DNA of 64,000 bases, from NCBI GenBank assembly GCA_951406725.2, contig OX597820.1:9734001-9798000 (forward strand), given 5' to 3'. A program made the translations under genes and the position numbers. The notes below the pieces were generated by a model. The model made no database searches. It saw nothing but the letters and a program-made list of their open reading frames with translations, and was not told where the DNA came from. This DNA is from Octopus vulgaris (lineage: Eukaryota). Shown piece by piece: positions 13,025-26,781 of the stretch; the stretch's first letter is position 1, and each line of letters opens with the position of its first letter.

Positions 13025-13026
<2 letters not shown>
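12723..13026 (+). mobile_element. SINE family A, 3'-truncated
   Basis: ggcgcaggagtggctgtgtggtaag head through aggcttacaaag. Confidence 0.92.
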
Positions 13027-13066
<40 letters not shown>

Positions 13067-13567
13067 TGTGAAAATGTCACTGGTCGGCGAATCGAATAGA
13101 TATATTTCTATTAGTTTCGGCTCCCAATTGTACTAAACGCAATAGTATGCGCGGCGAGTTGGCGGAGTCGGTAGAGTGTCGGGGAGAATACCCTTGCGCT
13201 CTTTGTTTCAACTCTTTATGTTTAGAGTTCATTTCTCGCCGAAATCAACCTTAATCTTTCAACTTTCTTTGTGTCGATAAATGGAGTACCAGTCAGTAAC
13301 TGATGCCCTTATTTGTTGTTGTTGTTGTTGTTGTTGTTCTTCTTCTTCTTCTTCTTCTTCTTCTTCTTCTTCTTCTTCTTCTTTTCTTGGTCTCTTTCTC
13401 GATTTCTGTCTGTTTCTCTGCCTGCCTGCATCCCCCCCCTCTCTCTAAAAACTGGCTACGTTGCAGAACACAGGACTTGAACAGACCGGTGTAGGGTTAG
13501 GTGGGGGGCTCTGTTATAAGCTACTCCAAAAACTTTCTATACGTGGTTGGCTAAATCTGTAGGTTGT

Positions 13568-13820
13568 ACACCACCACCACCACCACCACCACAGCCGCCA
13601 CCGCAGCCGCCATCACCACCACTACCACCACCACCGCCGCCATCACCACCACCACCACCACCACCACCACCACAGCCGCCACCGCCGCCGCCATCACCAC
13701 CACCACCACCACCACCACCACCACCACCACCACCACCACCACCACCATTATCATCATCATCATCGTCGTCGTCGTCGCCGCCACCATCGTTTTTGTTATC
13801 GTCGTCGTCATCATCATCAC
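13568..13820. repeat. GC-rich (CCA/CCG)n-(TCA/TCG)n trinucleotide array
   Basis: Directly visible; source of the poly-Pro and poly-Gly ORFs. Confidence 0.93.
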
Positions 13821-14910
13821 TTGTCACTTACCTGTCTTATCTGTGATAAACGTAACCAATTAATCCTTCTGATTACATCTATCTGTCAATTAGGATGGGA
13901 AAAATAAACTTGACTTGTGATAATCTAATCTTTCACAAAGAAGATGGCGGAGGAGTAGAGAGAAACGGTTACAGCTCCAAGAAGCCGAAGCTGAGGTCGT
14001 CGACTCGTTTCACAGAAAGCGAACGTTATTAACTGTATTCGATGTGATTCTGTTCATTTTACTAAAAGTAGTCATCCTCGTGACATTACAAATAAAGTAT
14101 TGGAGAAAAAGAGAGAAGGTAATAGTTGGATAAAAAGACTGTAGTTTCTTTAAAGTGCAGCAAAAATTATTAATTATATATGTAAAAAAAGTAACCCAGA
14201 ATGGCATAAATCTTTTGGAAAGAAATATTCGTATTGTGTAAGCGCTTTCGTTGTTAACAGCTTTTCAAACACACATGTTATGGGTTAATCTGTATAAAAG
14301 GAGTTTTTTTAGTAGCTGTGTTTACTATTTACTGTTTTGTTTCGGATTCGGAAATATAATAAAGTATTCATCTTTTAGCCTTTCGTAGTTGAAACGTTTC
14401 ATCTTTATTCCGAAAATAAAAAGGAAATATTTAAACTTTTGCATTTGCACAAATGTCTAAATGCTCCCTACATGGAACATTTCGAAGACGAATGTTTGAT
14501 TTGTTGCTTATGTACCCTAACCCGATGTATTACTTTTGATCTGGCTGGGCCGATGTAATCCTCATTGCATTGAAGGCATGTGATGCAGTAAATGAGATAT
14601 TTTGCTTTGCAGTTCATATTTGCATTAACCTTGCGCACCCTAACGGACAGCCAACTCTGCTCATGCGTTATCTAACTGTTAACTGATGGAGCTGTGTTTT
14701 CAGTAGTTTCAATATCTTGTTCACTGATACCACTCAGCTCTGATGATTATATACCGTTGAACTGTTGACTCTTTGGTTGTCAGCGCTACACCGTTTCGTC
14801 TCAAATCACTTCTACTAATTCTAATTTCCGTACCAAGCTTCTTATCGGTCAGTCAGCGATCAGTTCCAGTAGCATCTCAGATTTTAAATGGAGAGAGTTC
14901 ACTGCCAGTA

Positions 14911-15328
14911 CCTCTCTTTACTCTCTTTACTCTTTTACTTGTTTCAGTCATTTGACTGCGGCCATGCTGGAGCACCGCCTTTAGTCGAGCAAATCGACCC
15001 CGGCACTTATTCTTTGTAAGCCCAGTACTTATTCTATCGGTCTCTTTTGCCGAACCGCTAAGTGACGGGGACGTAAAAACACCGGCATCGGTTGTCAAGC
15101 AACGCTAGGGAGACAAACACAGACACACAAACACATACACACACATACATATATATATATATACATATATACGACAGGCTTCTTTCAGTTTCCGTCTACC
15201 AAATCCACTCACAAGGCATTGGTCGGCCCGGGGCTATAGCAGAAGACACTTGCCCAAGATGCCACGCAGTGGGACTGAACCCGGACCATGTGGTTGGTTA
15301 GCAAGCTACTTACCACACAGCCACTCCT
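14911..15328 (-). mobile_element. SINE family A, full length
   Basis: Complete head, internal (TA/CA) tract and (aagagta)n-type tail. Confidence 0.93.
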
Positions 15329-15460
15329 CGCTCATCTTTCTTTCTTTTCTTTAAAACCAAGGGACGTTGTGAGTTTTTCCTTCACGACTCTTGTCACAGT
15401 ACGACTTAGACTATCTCCAGAGGAAAAAAGGAAAAGAGATAGAGATAGCTAGATAGACAG

Positions 15461-15504
<44 letters not shown>

Positions 15505-15869
15505 TGAAATAGAAAGATGAATAATCTTGTTGCAGATTAATCAAAAGTTTAACCGATACCTTGGTAGCAAAAATCACAGCAGAAGACAGCACGGTTGGAG
15601 GTACAACCATATGGTGTTGCAACCATGCGTTGGTGCGGATAATTGAATTTGGCCATGGGCTCTTAGGAGCCTCGTTCGATTTGTTTTGCTCCGCCTCTGT
15701 TCTGTTTTTGTTTTTTCCAACGGATTTCCTATTTCTTCCTGAAGAGAAAGACACAATATGGTCTCCTTATTCAATCGGAATTTGGTAAATTGTGGCTTTC
15801 GAAACACGTGTAGAATGCAATAAAACGATTTCTGTTCAATCTTCGTTCAACTCCATTTCTTCAATTCAC

Positions 15870-15939
<70 letters not shown>

Positions 15940-17190
15940 CAGGGTGCGTAAGGTATTTGAGGACATTTTTTTTATTTGGGTCATTGCTGTATTTTTTGTT
16001 CACTCTGTATAATCTTTGTTTCAGAAAATAATAATGGCTGACCCTCAGCTTACTCAAAAAATGAAGAGGCATGCTGTTATTGTGGTTATAAAGTCTGAAC
16101 ATAGCAATTTAGAAATATCTCGATTTGTAAAAGGTGCCAGATCTTTCGCCTACACTGTTTGTAAGGAGTTAGAGCCTGAAGATGGAAATGTCTCACCAGT
16201 ACCAAAGCATAAAACGCATTCTAAACGCTCTGAAATCATCAGAAGACCTGAATTTATCCAGCAAGTTCCACAGACCATTGATTACAATCCCACAAAGTCC
16301 ATGAGATCAATTGCTAAAGATCTCCATGTGTCAGAAAGAACAGTCAGAAATGTTGTCCACGAAAATATCAGAGATAAGTCTTATTTGTCAGAAAAAGCAA
16401 ACGAAAATCACTACATTGGCTCTAAAAAGCTCTTAAACAAACTGAAAAATTCAGCAGAAGATTTGATTTGGTGTTTCTCAAACGAGAAAAACTTCGACTA
16501 GATTAAAAAGTTAACAGAAGAAATGACAGATGGGTATGTGTAGATCCTTTTGATGTTCCAAGTGTTATGCATACAAAATTTCCTGCAACTGTCATGGTTT
16601 TGGGGATTGTCAGCAATGAAGGACATGTGATGCCTCCTTACTTCTTTCCACAAGGCCTTAGAGTTAACTCTGCCGCCTACATTGAAGTCCTGGAAATAAT
16701 TGTTAAGCCCTGGATAGACAGTATATGCAATGGAAGTCAATATGTGCTTCAGTAAGACTCTGCACTATCACACATGGCTCTATTAACACAGGAATGGATG
16801 GCTGAAAACTTTCATGATCACATAACCCCTAACATTTGGCCTCCTAATTTCCCAGCTCTCAGTCCATTGGACGATTACAAGTGGAGCGTTTATTGAGAGG
16901 GAGAGGTCAATGAACATGCCCATGACACCAAAGATTCTTTGAAAGCCGCCATAGTCAGAGTAATGTCCAAAATGAACCAGGACCATTTGATTCGAGCATG
17001 TAGATGATTTAGATCTCATATAGAAGCAATTGTTGAAACTAAAGGCGGCTTTATTGAATAACATTATAGAAAAGAAGGTTTATTTTTATCCCCATGGCAT
17101 TTTTTGATAAATAAAGTTATTATCTGTTGTTATACATCTATTTTTCTTTTTCATAAACATAAATCTGCCCTCAAATATCTTACACACCTG
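15940..17190 (+). mobile_element. Full-length decayed Tc1/mariner element, DD37D (maT) family
   Basis: TIRs cagggtgcgtaaggtatttgagg / cctcaaatatcttacacacctg with TA flanks; 1251 bp. Transposase split by stops and frameshifts (FSNEKNF, VMVLGIVSNEG, Q*DSALSH, WPPNFPALSPLD); 37 residues between the second and third catalytic D. Confidence 0.92.
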
Positions 17191-17645
17191 TATGTATGTA
17201 TGTATGTATGTATGTATGTATGTATGTAGGTATGTATGTATGTATGTATGTATGTATGTGTGTATGTGTGTATGTATGTATGTATATATATATATATGTA
17301 TGTATGTATATATATATGTATGTATGTTGTGTGTGTATGTATGTATGTATGTATGTATGATAGATAGATAGATAGATAGATAGAGATAGAGAGAGAGAGA
17401 GAGAAAGGGAAAGAATGGAAGGAGAGAGAGAAGAGAGAAAAGAATCGATTCCAACTGTTGAGTGGTACTTTATTTACCGGAATGAGACGCTCGGGCGCAG
17501 CTGTTTGGATGCCAACGATTTGGCACGGCTGACTGGATATTCACCATGTTTTGGGGACAGTATGTTTTGGCACTGGAAGAAAACACATACATACATACAT
17601 ACGGATACGCACACACGTGCACACAGAAATATACTCATACATAGC

Positions 17646-17647
<2 letters not shown>

Positions 17648-17706
<59 letters not shown>

Positions 17707-17821
17707 CGAAAGAGAGACAGAGGGTAGGAGAGATATTACAGTTTATGAACTGGACTGACATAAAGCACTTTCACTCTTCTCGTACATGTAGAGAAACATG
17801 CTCCCAGACATAAACACACAC

Positions 17822-17852
<31 letters not shown>

Positions 17853-18018
17853 TTTACACATATATACAGAGAGAGAGAGAGAATGAGGGAGAGGGAGGGA
17901 GGCAGAGAGGGAGAGAGGGAGAGAAAGACTCACTGAAATTTGTCAATTGAACACTCTTGACATACACACTTTCCTTTTCCTCATACACATAAAGAGAAAC
18001 ACGTTCAGACTCATATAC

Positions 18019-18090
<72 letters not shown>

Positions 18091-18200
18091 TGAGAGAGAG
18101 GAAGAGAGAAAAAGATAGAGATTGTGAGAAAGAAAGGGTGGAAGAGAAAGCCAAAAAGAGAAAGAGAGAGAAAGCAAGAGAGGGAGAGATAGATAGATAG

Positions 18201-18249
<49 letters not shown>

Positions 18250-18349
18250 AGAAAAAGATAGAGATTGTGAGAAAGAAAGGGTGGAAGAGAAAGCCAGAAA
18301 GAGAAAGAGAGAGAAAGCAAGAGAGGGAGAGAGAGATAGATAGAGAAAG

Positions 18350-18434
<85 letters not shown>

Positions 18435-18450
18435 AAAACAAAACAAGAAA
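17648..18450. repeat. (GA)n-rich polypurine region with an internal ~147-bp duplication
   Basis: gagagaaaaagatagagattgtgagaaagaaagggtggaagagaaagcc occurs at about 18104 and 18248. Confidence 0.9.
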
Positions 18451-19229
18451 AACATGAAAATATCTGATGTCAAATAAGTCAGCGTCGAATCAGCGACGCC
18501 CAAACATCTCACAGCCCTTATTTTCCGACCTCTGAAAGATAAAATGCAAAGTTGACATCGACAGGATTTGAGCGCCGGAATTTCAAATAACGCAAAAAAA
18601 TATCCTATCCATCATTGCAACGTCTCTGCCACTTCTTTTTCTGTTTTTTACAGTTTGATTATCGCATATTATTTACAGTCTCCTCTTCTGCATCGAAATG
18701 AATTAAATGTTTAAGTGGTTCGATACCTCAAGGACATGAAACAATTATATACAAATAAAAACATCAGAGAAAAAAACATACACGCAAAAAATGAACAACA
18801 ACGGGAAACCAGATTGAATACTATAATAATAATAATAATAGAATTTTCTTTCGAGGGTTTGCAAAGTTTATATGAATAACGAAATATAGTAGTTCCCAGA
18901 AGGTTTTTTTGGTTCTTCATAGGATTATTATTATTATTATTAATTTCATTAGTATCATTGTTAGAATGTCGCTCCTAAGCATCATTATTTCTCCGTATCT
19001 ATCTTATTACGTCAGAGGAAGCAAATGAAAGAAGTATATCTGTTCTATATAGAGAGAGATAGATAGATAGATATGTCTATGAAATCTATATTTAATCTAA
19101 GTGAGTTATGGAGATATTACGAATGATTATACTTTAAAGCTTCTGATGTACACCCGAAAAATGTCTGTAAATCGTTACTGAAATTTATACATACATATTC
19201 TTCTCAAAATATATGTTTTCTTATAAGAG

Positions 19230-19271
<42 letters not shown>

Positions 19272-19470
19272 GTAAAAAGTGAAAAAACTACAGAAGGCTT
19301 GTTTTAAAAGGTTAAAAAATATATATTTGAGTCAATATGTCTGAAGAATGTTATACATTTTTTTCATACAATATATTTTTTAACCTTTTAAAACAAGCCT
19401 TCTGTAGTTTTTTCACTTTTTACTATTTTCTATATATTCAACCACGTGCTTTCACACACCAACTATCTCA

Positions 19471-19541
<71 letters not shown>

Positions 19542-20559
19542 ATGTATTACAACCGATAAAAAAGATTCAGTGAACTTGCCTTGGTGAGTGTAAAATCTAA
19601 CGTTTCAGAAAAAATCCTTCTTCAGCGAAAATTGAAAGGGGAGAAATTTCTGGATGCGTTCCGTATCAGTTGCAGTAGTTCATTTTTTTTTTTAAAACTT
19701 AGAGGATGTAAAACTCTGCTGTGTCTCTTTAGTTTCTCTCCTTTTAACTGTTCGCTGAAGATTTTGTTCGAAACGTTGGCTTTTCAACCACCCATAGCTA
19801 GCTCACTGAACTCTTTTTATCGATCTTACCATATAAGTCTTCACGACGCAGACCAACACCAGCCTCTTTAGAGTTTGTTAGATCATATATATATGCATAT
19901 ATGATTGTATAAGTGTATATGTGTTTGTAAAATGCATACATGGGAGCTATAAAAAATGATTCAGTAATTATAATACAGCTCTACAAATAGGATATAACGC
20001 TGTCTCTAGTTCGATATATATATACAATATACATTAATAATTCGCATACAGTTTATGAAATATTCAAATTTGGATTTCTCTTTTTTTTTGTTATCCATTC
20101 GTTCATTTCATTTCATTTTTATATAATTTCATTTTTTTTTTTAATAAGAAATTAATTTTCTTTTATTATGTCACATCAGTTATTGGAGAAATTAGATCCT
20201 CGTGAAGCGAATTTGCAAAGATTTCGATCAGTTCTTTCGATAGAAAAACCAAGTGAAAAAAGAAGAAGGAAAAAGCAGAACCAGAGAAGGTGGTGTGTTG
20301 TCTAAGATGTCAGCCTATTATTTGCTTGTTCTTACTTCTAAGGAATAAAGTGACCACCGTAACGAAGACATGCCCTCAGAGCCTGCGTGATTAACCAGGC
20401 AACAATTTTTGAATTCGTCTTGGTGTCCATCCGATATCGCTGCTTCAATATCTTCTTCGTTCACACACGTTAGTCACGTAAATGAACGAACAAGATGGCT
20501 TACTTATATGTTTGTTCTTACTATCTCTATTTTTTTTTATTTACTCTTCATTTATTGAC

Positions 20560-20788
20560 GTTTTACCTTTTATTTATTGACGTCATTGGAATGCGGCCAT
20601 GCTGCGGTACCGTCCCGAAGAGAGTTTTGTCGAACAGATCGATCCCAGTACTTATTTTCAAAGCCTGGTTTCTACTTTATCGGTTTCTTTGCTGAACCGC
20701 TATGTTATGGGAACATAAACAAACCAGCATCAGTTGTCAAGCAGTGGAGGAGACAAGACATAAACACACTCACTCACTCACGCACACG

Positions 20789-20845
<57 letters not shown>

Positions 20846-21002
20846 CGGGCTTCCAAACAGTTTCCGTCTACCAAATTCACTCCCAAGGAATCTGTCGTCC
20901 TGGGGTTATAGCAGAAGACGCCCAAGGTGCCGCGTAGTGGAACTGAACCCAAAACCACGTGGTCGCAAAGTGAGCTTCTCCACTCCACTGCCATGCCTGT
21001 GC
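20560..21002 (-). mobile_element. SINE family A, older copy
   Basis: Diverged but colinear with the family A consensus. Confidence 0.8.
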
Positions 21003-21578
21003 CTCCTACTATAGAATAAGATAATTAGTACATCTAGTAATTACACATTAAGATAGTTGCTAGTCAAGCAATCAATACCATTGGCTTCTACATGGTACAC
21101 ATCAATTCTGACGTCTCAAATTTCCCGTCCACTCACAAACAAAATGAATGTGCATATGTATGTGGATTTGTCTACATATGTGAATGCTTGTATACGTTTG
21201 TATGTGTGTGTGTGTACGTCAGCTACTGCTGCTCTTGGTCGTTATATGATACAAATGTCGCCACCTATATATGCTCATTGCTTCAATTTGAAATCCTGGA
21301 CGATGTTCATGACGGCCAAACATTCGCGTCTGATGAGGAACGGCGTGGACAGACGACAGTTGTGAAAGAAACTCATGTCCATTGTCGACGAATTATGTCT
21401 GCTGCTGCTGCCTGTTCGCATCTCATTGCATTGCATCAGCTTCTAACGCAAGATTGTCTACTCCATACAATTTGTTATCCATCTTTTATCGACCTCACCG
21501 TCCTCCTTTTCTCATTGTCGCTCCCAGATGGAGCAATGTTTGGTGCCACCGCAGCTACCAGCATCATAATCATAAACC

Positions 21579-21810
21579 TATTTCTTTACTACCCACAAGG
21601 GGCTCAACACAAAGGGGACAAACAAAGACAGACAAAGGGATTAAGTCGATAATATCGACCCCAGTGTGTAACTGGTACTTAATTTATCGACCCCGAAAGG
21701 ATGAAAGGCAAAGTCGACCCCGGCGGAATTTGAACTCAGAACGTAACGGCAGACGAAATACGGCTACGCATTTCGCCCGGCGTGCTAACGTTTCTGCCAG
21801 CTCGCCGCCT
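21579..21810 (-). mobile_element. SINE family B with target-site duplication
   Basis: Full head and tail; flanked by catcataatcataaacc / catcataaccataacc. Confidence 0.92.
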
Positions 21811-22068
21811 TCATCATAACCATAACCAACAGCAGACAGTATAACCATCAGATATCATTATTATTACGGCAGCTTCCGTCATCTGCATCCCCGTCGTCTT
21901 GTGTACCGTCAGCGACATAACGAACGCCATGATGACTGCTAATCGCCATGACGATTGCCAGCATTAGCTCTCTTGCACTTCTGAGGTTGTAACAAATACT
22001 TTTCTCTCCTTCCCTCACTCCCTCACTCCTTCTCTCCCCTCTCTCTTCCTTCTTTACTTCTCTTCTCC

Positions 22069-22104
<36 letters not shown>

Positions 22105-22351
22105 CTCTCTCTCTCTCTCTCTCTCCTCGTCTTTGTTTCTCAGATATTGTCTCCGCCATCTTTGTTGTCGTTGTTATTACTATTGACGTGATTATTGTTA
22201 TTGTTGTATTGTCATAGATAAAACCGGAAACAGTATTTCATCAGCAGTACCATAACCATCATCATCATCATCATTATCATCATCATTAGCACAATTATCA
22301 TCAGAAACATCAATATGGACATAATAAATAATAATAATAATAATAATAATA

Positions 22352-22383
<32 letters not shown>

Positions 22384-22649
22384 TAATAATAATGATAATA
22401 ATTCTTATTACTACTGTTACACACCCTCCCTTCTCATTTATTCTCAATATCGTCGTCATCGTCGTCGTCGTCATCGCTGTCGCCGCCATCTTCTTCATCT
22501 GCTTCTTCTCCCACACCTTCCTTCTCTTTATCATCATCGTTTCTATTTCTTATATTAATTTACTTCTATTTCGTACATAAACTGTGTAATTACTTGGAGT
22601 TATTGTTCTGGTTGTTATTACAGAGGATTTATATTCATCGACTTGTTGA

Positions 22650-22655
22650 TTTATT
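22650..22655 (-). promoter_or_regulatory. Candidate polyadenylation signal AATAAA
   Basis: tttatt on the + strand about 100 nt past the stop codon. The context is AT-rich, so a chance match is likely. Confidence 0.2.
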
Positions 22656-22756
22656 TGTTTTTGTTTCTCCTTTTTTTTTTTTTAAATAAAATTATTCACG
22701 TATTTCTCTCCATTTTCTTTTCTTTTTTTTTTTTTTTGTTAATGCAAAGGAATTTA

Positions 22757-23652
22757 CTAAGAGACGAATGGTCTGATCTTTGTGCTGCGTAACTGCTTTC
22801 GCCTTGTGATTAATTCAATCAAGACGAACGAAGCAATCACCACACAAACGGCAAATAAGGCAACAGAAAGGGAGACAATCACCGCCACTATATTGCTACT
22901 GAGAGATGTGTCGGCAATATGGTGGGCGTCTTTACTTCCTTTCACCGAGAACCGTGACGACATCTTAAAGTTGTCTTCATTTTTAACCAACACCGACTGT
23001 GACAACAGCGGGCCCGATTCGTCGGACACCGACAAAAAGGTTTCGTTACCGCCGTTTAACAGCTGTTCGTTACAGTTCGACTGCTCACTGCTACCATTTT
23101 CTGACGCATTGCGAGACGTGTTCAATGCTTGACACTGTTTGTTCAGGGTTGTTAAACGCATTCCCAGCACACTAAAACTACTTCGGTCGGCGTCGTAAAG
23201 CATTCCATAAGAAGTGTTGATTTTAATATCTAAGATCGAATGGTACGTGCCTTGAAGATTCCCAACGCGTGTAACCGTTACGTTCTCCTGAGTTAGCTTG
23301 TAGACGTGAGTAGCTGTTTCGTTGGTGTAATAGTCAAGTAAAACTTGTGACGATGGTTCGTCTCCGAGTGTTGACGGACTGACAGCGACCAACGAACTGG
23401 CGTTGTGTTGGCTTTTCAGGGAAAAAGCCTGGTAACCTATGTACTGTTCCAACGGTGGCAAGATGAAGTCGTTCTTGTACATAGTCTGTTGGTCATACGA
23501 ACTTACATTCGTGATATACATCACTTGGATCGGTTTAACCGATTTTAACATGATATAGCATTCATTTAGAAAGTCCAACTGAAGCGCATCTGAGTCTTTG
23601 ACCATATATGATGCCACTGTGGTTTCCAGGGTAACCGTCACGTTAGTTTCAC
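22757..23652 (-). CDS. Terminal coding exon: end of IgGFc-binding domain, Ser/Asn-rich stalk, transmembrane helix, short basic tail
   Basis: Acceptor tttgttttatttttgcag|GT GAA ACT AAC (phase 1); open to TAG at 22757. Contains KSVKPIQVMY and ILPPLEQY motifs, then hydrophobic IVAVIVSLSVALFAVCVVIASFVLIELI followed by TRRKQLRSTKIRPFVS*. Confidence 0.87.
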
Positions 23653-23731
23653 CTGCAAAAATAAAACAAAGTTCATAAATACATAAATAAATTAAGTAGA
23701 TAAGGGCTTTTCACATTCACAAGTTTAGATA

Positions 23732-23837
23732 GCGTATTTATTTGTGAATAAGGTGTATTCGCGTATAAGTTGCACTCCAGTTTTTTCCACTTAAAATTAA
23801 GCAGAAAATAGTGCGACTTATATACGAATAAATACAA
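23732..23837. mobile_element. Tc2/pogo-like MITE
   Basis: Inverted ends cgtatttatt...tataagttgcac / gtgcgacttatatacgaataaatac. Confidence 0.6.
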
Positions 23838-24013
23838 TATATATATTGAAAAGGTTGCAAGGCGCAACGAAAATTTTAGGAAAAGAAAAATAAGGAAAAA
23901 GTGGAAATTTTACCGGTGAGTGTGTTAAATTATAAGGCACAAAAAGAAAATGACTCTCCCCAGACACAACAGTATATATATATATATATATATAAACTTG
24001 AAGAAGCTGTTTG

Positions 24014-24045
<32 letters not shown>

Positions 24046-24220
24046 CAACAAATTGCATAATAAACAGGAATAATGAGTTATACGCAATTATTTTATTTAT
24101 TATAGGCTTACACCTGTTTCAGATTTGCGTCTGGGTGAGTTCATGATTTAATCTTATCAATTCGATCGATTGATTTACACACACACACACACACACTTAC
24201 AAACACACACACGCACGCAC

Positions 24221-24256
<36 letters not shown>

Positions 24257-24273
24257 ACAAACACATATACACA

Positions 24274-24426
24274 CTGTATTTATTCGTGTATAAGTCGCAC
24301 TGTAATTAAATATTAAAATCTTGGTACATAATTTTTTCCCCTCCATGATTTTAGCTTTGCCCCGAGTAGATGTTGCGCCCCAAAATCAATTATAAAATAA
24401 TGCAACTTATACACGAACAAATACTG
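24274..24426. mobile_element. Tc2/pogo-like MITE (same family as 23732)
   Basis: ctgtatttattcgtgtataagtcgcac ... tgcaacttatacacgaacaaatactg|ta. Confidence 0.65.
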
Positions 24427-24884
24427 TAATTCTACATCGCTTGTAATTATAAAAGATACGAGGACTTTTCGACAGGGTGGTTCAAACTAATGGATATGCA
24501 GTCTGAGTGTTCAAAATGGCTAGCCACTAAAATTCCAGTTTGAACGGCAGTTGAACTTGTGATTTTGTGACTGCCTTTCTAAAGCGGCTAGAAGTGGCTT
24601 CCCCTTGAGCAGGTATGTATATATTAAAGCAGAAAATAAAAGGCAAACAATTTGGCAAGGCTTGACATGGGCATTTAATTTAATTCAATTTAATTTAGCT
24701 ATATAATGAAATGTTTAGATAGTCTCTGACAGTTGTTTCTAGAATATTCCAGCTATTGAGACATCATGTCGAGCGAAGATTCCATAGGCCGAGCAAATCG
24801 TCATCGGAGAGATTTTGATCAAACGCATGGAACTGTGGAAGAATGTTCCTCATCAGTGATTGTTGTCGTGGTTCATTATGGGAA

Positions 24885-25145
24885 CCAGACAAAAATTGCT
24901 GCAGCTCGGCTGGGATGTGTTACCCCACCCTCCATATTCACCACATATTGCTCCTTCAGATTTCCACTTATTCAGGTCTCTGCAGAATAGTCTTAATGGT
25001 AAGCATTTCAATTCCATGAATGACGTAAAAAGATACCTTGATGAATTCTTTGCCATGAAACCACCTCAATTCTGGGAAGAGGGTATTTTCAAGGTAAAGG
25101 AAAGATGGAGACGCATTGTGCAACAAAATGGTTCATATTTGGTTC
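24885..25145 (+). pseudogene. Mariner transposase C-terminal fragment
   Basis: LGWDVLPHPPYSPHIAPSDFHLFRSLQNSL...RWRRIVQQNGSY is the mariner YSPDLAPxD motif plus C-terminus. Confidence 0.93.
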
Positions 25146-26125
25146 TTTATGTCTAGAAAAGGAGGAGAAATCCAATTAAGTCCAGTTAAAACTAGATTTA
25201 ATTGGATTTCACAAGGTAAATCCATGAGCGGAGAGAATGGTTTAATAGTAATCCATAGCGAAGAAAAAAATGCATGCTAGTGGTTCCAAAAACATCGAAA
25301 TCACGTATCTTCGAACATCGTACGTCCATATATATTGTGTGCGTGTGTTTGTTGTGGATGGGTGTGGGTGTACGTGTGTGTGTGTGTGTGTGTGTCTTTA
25401 CTTCGGTGAGGTAATAATAGTGCACTATTCTTGTGGTGCAATGTTGGCACCCCGAATATGAATATAATCGGGATTCTGTTCGATCTCTGTATTTATTTTT
25501 CTCAACATTCATGTGAACCCTGGACCCTTGTAGCATTCTAATTCAAAACTGAGAATGCGTAAATGGTGAATCCCTGCAGCGTAGCTAAGGGAGTGGAGCG
25601 AGGGGCTGGTCTGCTCTGTGTGAAGCATTTATGAAGGCGGCACTTTTGGGTCTACCGCATAAAGCTCTATAAGTTTGTGGGTTCAGATGGGTGCATGTGA
25701 GGAAAATAAGGACGGCCTGGAGCGGCACACATACACCAGCTGTGCCATTGATGAGTCCTGGTCGTAGGCGAAACAGAGACGATACTGTTTTGATCGGTTC
25801 TACAGAAGGCAGATGGATGAAACATGAAGTTGAACTAGGCGGGATTTGAACACACAACCTTAAGAGACGTTTGTGAATAGCTCAAGGTTGTTTTGTTCGA
25901 TGCTCTACAGACCCTACCAATCCTGCCAGTCCATTACTCTTGCAACCTCGTGCACGTGTGAGATTGTGCGTGTGTATGTGCGCGCGTGTGTGCGTGATCG
26001 TGTGTGGGTGGGTGGCGGGGTTGGTGGTGGTGTGTGTGTGTATACAAGTATGTATATATGCACATATATATGCACAATGTATATTTATATATATATATAT
26101 GTAAGCGTATATCCCTATATCTACA

Positions 26126-26185
<60 letters not shown>

Positions 26186-26270
26186 CACACATATATATAT
26201 GTACACACACACACACATATATATGGACACACACATGTACATACATTCAAATACATACATACATATATAT

Positions 26271-26321
<51 letters not shown>

Positions 26322-26748
26322 GAGAGTGTGAAAGAGAGAGAGCGTGAAAGCGAGAGAGAAAAAGAAGGAGAGATAGAGAGGGAGATATCGAAAGAGAGAG
26401 AGAGAGCGAAGAGATATAAATGAGAGCCTCTGGATGAGTAAAACTCATTAATCAACAAATTGAATGAATGCCAGACGACAAATTTTTGCCTTCGCCAGTT
26501 GTTGACAGTATTTGCTGACCATTGAGAATATACTTCAACAGTTTCCCATCGTCACGTGGCTTACCGCATAGCATTATTAACCAATCACAGGTCAGGATAT
26601 CTTAATGATTTATTTACGACACTCTTTTACGATATTAACTGCCGCATTGTTTTATGGCAATCATCTATATTTCATACTGACAACAAATGTATGTATGTGT
26701 GCGTGCATGTATGTGTGTCTTTGTGTGTGTCTACACACACACACACAC

Positions 26749-26781
<33 letters not shown>

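Noticed and set aside
13537-13863. Poly-Pro (formin/extensin-like) and poly-Gly ORFs
   Set aside because: Pure trinucleotide array open in several frames, with no flanking domain or convincing splice sites.
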